Sequence record: PZ452591.1
DNA from: a phage
Reading direction: 5' to 3' (one strand)
DNA: 64,000 nucleotides
Positions 62,414 to 64,000 of the stretch are shown here, in pieces (the first letter of the stretch is position 1; every line of letters begins with the position of its first letter). Below the pieces are notes generated by a model, which ran no database searches, was not told where the DNA came from, and saw nothing but the letters and a program-made list of their open reading frames with translations. The position numbers were made by a program, and so were the translations under genes.

Positions 62414-62794
62414 TCACTTAGTCAAATTTTTTACACATGAATTATAAGAATTCACTACATACTCCATCGGAGCATTTTTACCTGTACGCCATTGGTAATT
62501 ATTAGCCCAATTTGCCCAAAGTTCAGCGCAGTAGTTTTCAATTTTTTCTTCGCGTGTAATTACATCAGAATTACGATATGCTTGAGCAGATTCATCTGGA
62601 CGAATAGCCTCGTCAAAATTCGCCTGCATTTGTTCTACTGTCTGTTTTGGAGCTTCTTTATAACACTTGACGTTAGGATTATAAAATTTGCTTGAACAGT
62701 TTACAATTTTTCCTACATCAGAATGATTTACTACCGGTCCTTGAGCTACACAACCAGTAAGACCTAATGCAATAACCAAAATAGCGATTTTCAT
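62414..62794 (-). CDS. putative lipoprotein, about 126 aa, adjacent to imm
   Basis: in-frame ATG at 62792-62794 with GGAG Shine-Dalgarno; lipobox LTGC (MKIAILVIALGLTGC...); track ORF starts at upstream TTG. Confidence 0.55.
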   Translation of the reverse strand: MKIAILVIALGLTGCVAQGPVVNHSDVGKIVNCSSKFYNPNVKCYKEAPKQTVEQMQANFDEAIRPDESAQAYRNSDVITREEKIENYCAELWANWANNYQWRTGKNAPMEYVVNSYNSCVKNLTK

Positions 62795-62828
62795 TTCATT
62801 CTCCAAATCCGTATCAGTTGATAGTTAT

Positions 62829-62858
62829 ATAGTACCATGGAAGAACAGTCTTGTAAAC
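62829..62858 (-). promoter_or_regulatory. early promoter cassette
   Basis: GTTTAC at 62853-62858, 18-bp spacer, TGG-TACTAT at 62829-62837. Confidence 0.5.
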
Positions 62859-62947
62859 AGTTTTGTGAAAAAAATTTTTAATGAATCCAAAAGGTCCAGA
62901 ATCATCCGTTTTTCATAAGTATAGATTTATATTACTTGTATGAAAAG

Positions 62948-62963
62948 GGGACCCGAAGGTCCC
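62948..62963 (-). terminator. intrinsic terminator after gene 43, GGGACC-UUCG-GGUCCC
   Basis: UUCG tetraloop hairpin with flanking A/U runs, 14 nt past the gene 43 stop. Confidence 0.6.
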
Positions 62964-62976
62964 TAGATTTATTCTA

Positions 62977-64000
62977 TCAGCCAAACAGGAAGTCTAACGA
63001 AGCTTTTTCTTCATAGTCCATGCCAGCCGATTCACACATACCCGCAAGCGGTTTAACAAACGATTTTTGGAACAAAGTTGAGTAGTCAATCCAAGACAGT
63101 ACGTCAGAACGAATTTCTTTTGGAAGTTCTGTACCCGATGGCCAAGCAATGCACTTGTCGCCAAATGGATTTCCTTCACGTAATGGAAGAACCATTACCT
63201 TATTTCCATCCAAAATTGGAGCTACACCTAAACCGCTAACAGCTCGACGATAAGTTAGCACACCACGAATATGGAACGGGCATTTAAATCCTGGCCAACC
63301 TTTATCATCATATTTCGCTATATCGTTCGCAGTTTTTACTTCAGCAATAACTTTATAGTCAAGTTGACGATATTCTTTCTCGAAGTTCTTGTAATATTCT
63401 TGGACAGACTCTTCACCTTCCTGAAGAATACGACGAATACTTTCTTCGAGAGCTTCTTGCACTGCTTTTGGTGTTGAACTCTGCTGAGTTTCCATACCCA
63501 TGATTTTTAGATGCGGTTCAGCAAATCGCTTATCTTCCATATCATAAACGTTCAGAGCATAACGCTTTTTCGCTTTCCAAAATCCGCCAACGCCCTTTGA
63601 ACCAAGCGGAGGGCAAGAAATAGCTTCACGGTCCATATGCATCAGATGCTCGCGGTTATTCATATAATCGCATAACTCACGATATGCAACATCAATCATA
63701 GGTTCCATCTTTTTCTTACCGAACTGATTCATAAATTCAACTAAATCGTTCTGCTCTTTGAATCGGTCAAGACCTACTTTTTCAATGACTTTATCTACAC
63801 AAACATATACCGAATCAGTATCACCTGCTGCAATGAAATCTTCATCATTAGTTCCGCATACTTTATTCAGATATTCATTAATTTTACGAGCAATCCACTG
63901 AATACCAACTTGGCCGAAAATTGTGATAGCAGTAGCATTTCGCAAATCATAGTAACGGAAATGAATATTACCAAGAGCACCATAAAGACTGTTAATAAGA
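62977..64000 (-). CDS. 43: DNA polymerase gp43, C-terminal part (gene continues past the window end)
   Basis: family-B polymerase motif C ...IAAGDTDSVYVCV...; ORF is open to the window edge. Confidence 0.9.
   Translation of the reverse strand, partial: LINSLYGALGNIHFRYYDLRNATAITIFGQVGIQWIARKINEYLNKVCGTNDEDFIAAGDTDSVYVCVDKVIEKVGLDRFKEQNDLVEFMNQFGKKKMEPMIDVAYRELCDYMNNREHLMHMDREAISCPPLGSKGVGGFWKAKKRYALNVYDMEDKRFAEPHLKIMGMETQQSSTPKAVQEALEESIRRILQEGEESVQEYYKNFEKEYRQLDYKVIAEVKTANDIAKYDDKGWPGFKCPFHIRGVLTYRRAVSGLGVAPILDGNKVMVLPLREGNPFGDKCIAWPSGTELPKEIRSDVLSWIDYSTLFQKSFVKPLAGMCESAGMDYEEKASLDFLFG

Noticed and set aside
32702-63477. Plus-strand ORFs nested in minus-strand genes of the right arm (for example 32702-33037, 34013-34363, 34412-34633, 37273-37491, 38100-38462, 38174-38398, 39218-39412, 40809-41012, 41754-41993, 42018-42257, 42585-42875, 42625-42807, 42982-43392, 44976-45374, 46800-47006, 47039-47221, 48118-48333, 48384-48608, 48529-48753, 49065-49280, 52099-52317, 52299-52496, 55882-56070, 57579-57833, 60100-60387, 60495-60707, 61046-61282, 61183-61407, 62492-62695, 63271-63477)
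   Set aside because: Antisense or alternative-frame overlaps with recognised genes (motA, 52, rIIB, rIIA, 39, dda, 61, 41, uvsX, 42, 43 and others); no start context.

Overview
This window reads as a contiguous, almost gap-free segment of a T4-type (T-even, Tequatrovirus-like) phage genome, colinear with T4 from the gene 30.x/rIII region to the 3' end of gene 43. All identifications rest on my recollection of T4 protein sequences, motifs and gene order; no database search was run. The minus strand (positions 1-20004 and 30324-64000) carries early/middle genes: rIII, 31, cd, pseT, alc, rnlA, denA, nrdB, nrdA, td, frd, 32, a GIY-YIG seg-like endonuclease, 59, 33, dsbA, rnh, then asiA, arn, motA, 52, stp, ndd, denB, rIIB, rIIA, 39, motB, dexA, dda, srd, two ADP-ribosyltransferases, soc, 56, 61, sp, dmd, 41, 40, uvsX, a glycosyltransferase, 42, imm and partial 43. 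The plus strand (20109-30323) carries the late long-tail-fiber and lysis module 34-35-36-37-38-t. The ORF track uses GTG/TTG as well as ATG starts and reports the longest ORF, so I re-derived many starts by locating the in-frame ATG and Shine-Dalgarno. I did not find a wholly new multi-gene system. What stands out are differences from the T4 reference: intronless td and nrdB, an unsplit gene 39, a T2/T6-type gp37/gp38 adhesin module with a (GGC/GGT)9 tract, a GIY-YIG ORF between 32 and 59, an extra ORF between frd and td, an odd 268-bp 56-61 spacer, a recurring early-promoter cassette, UUCG-loop terminators, and many small membrane or unknown ORFs. No tRNA, rRNA, CRISPR array or transposon-like element was seen.
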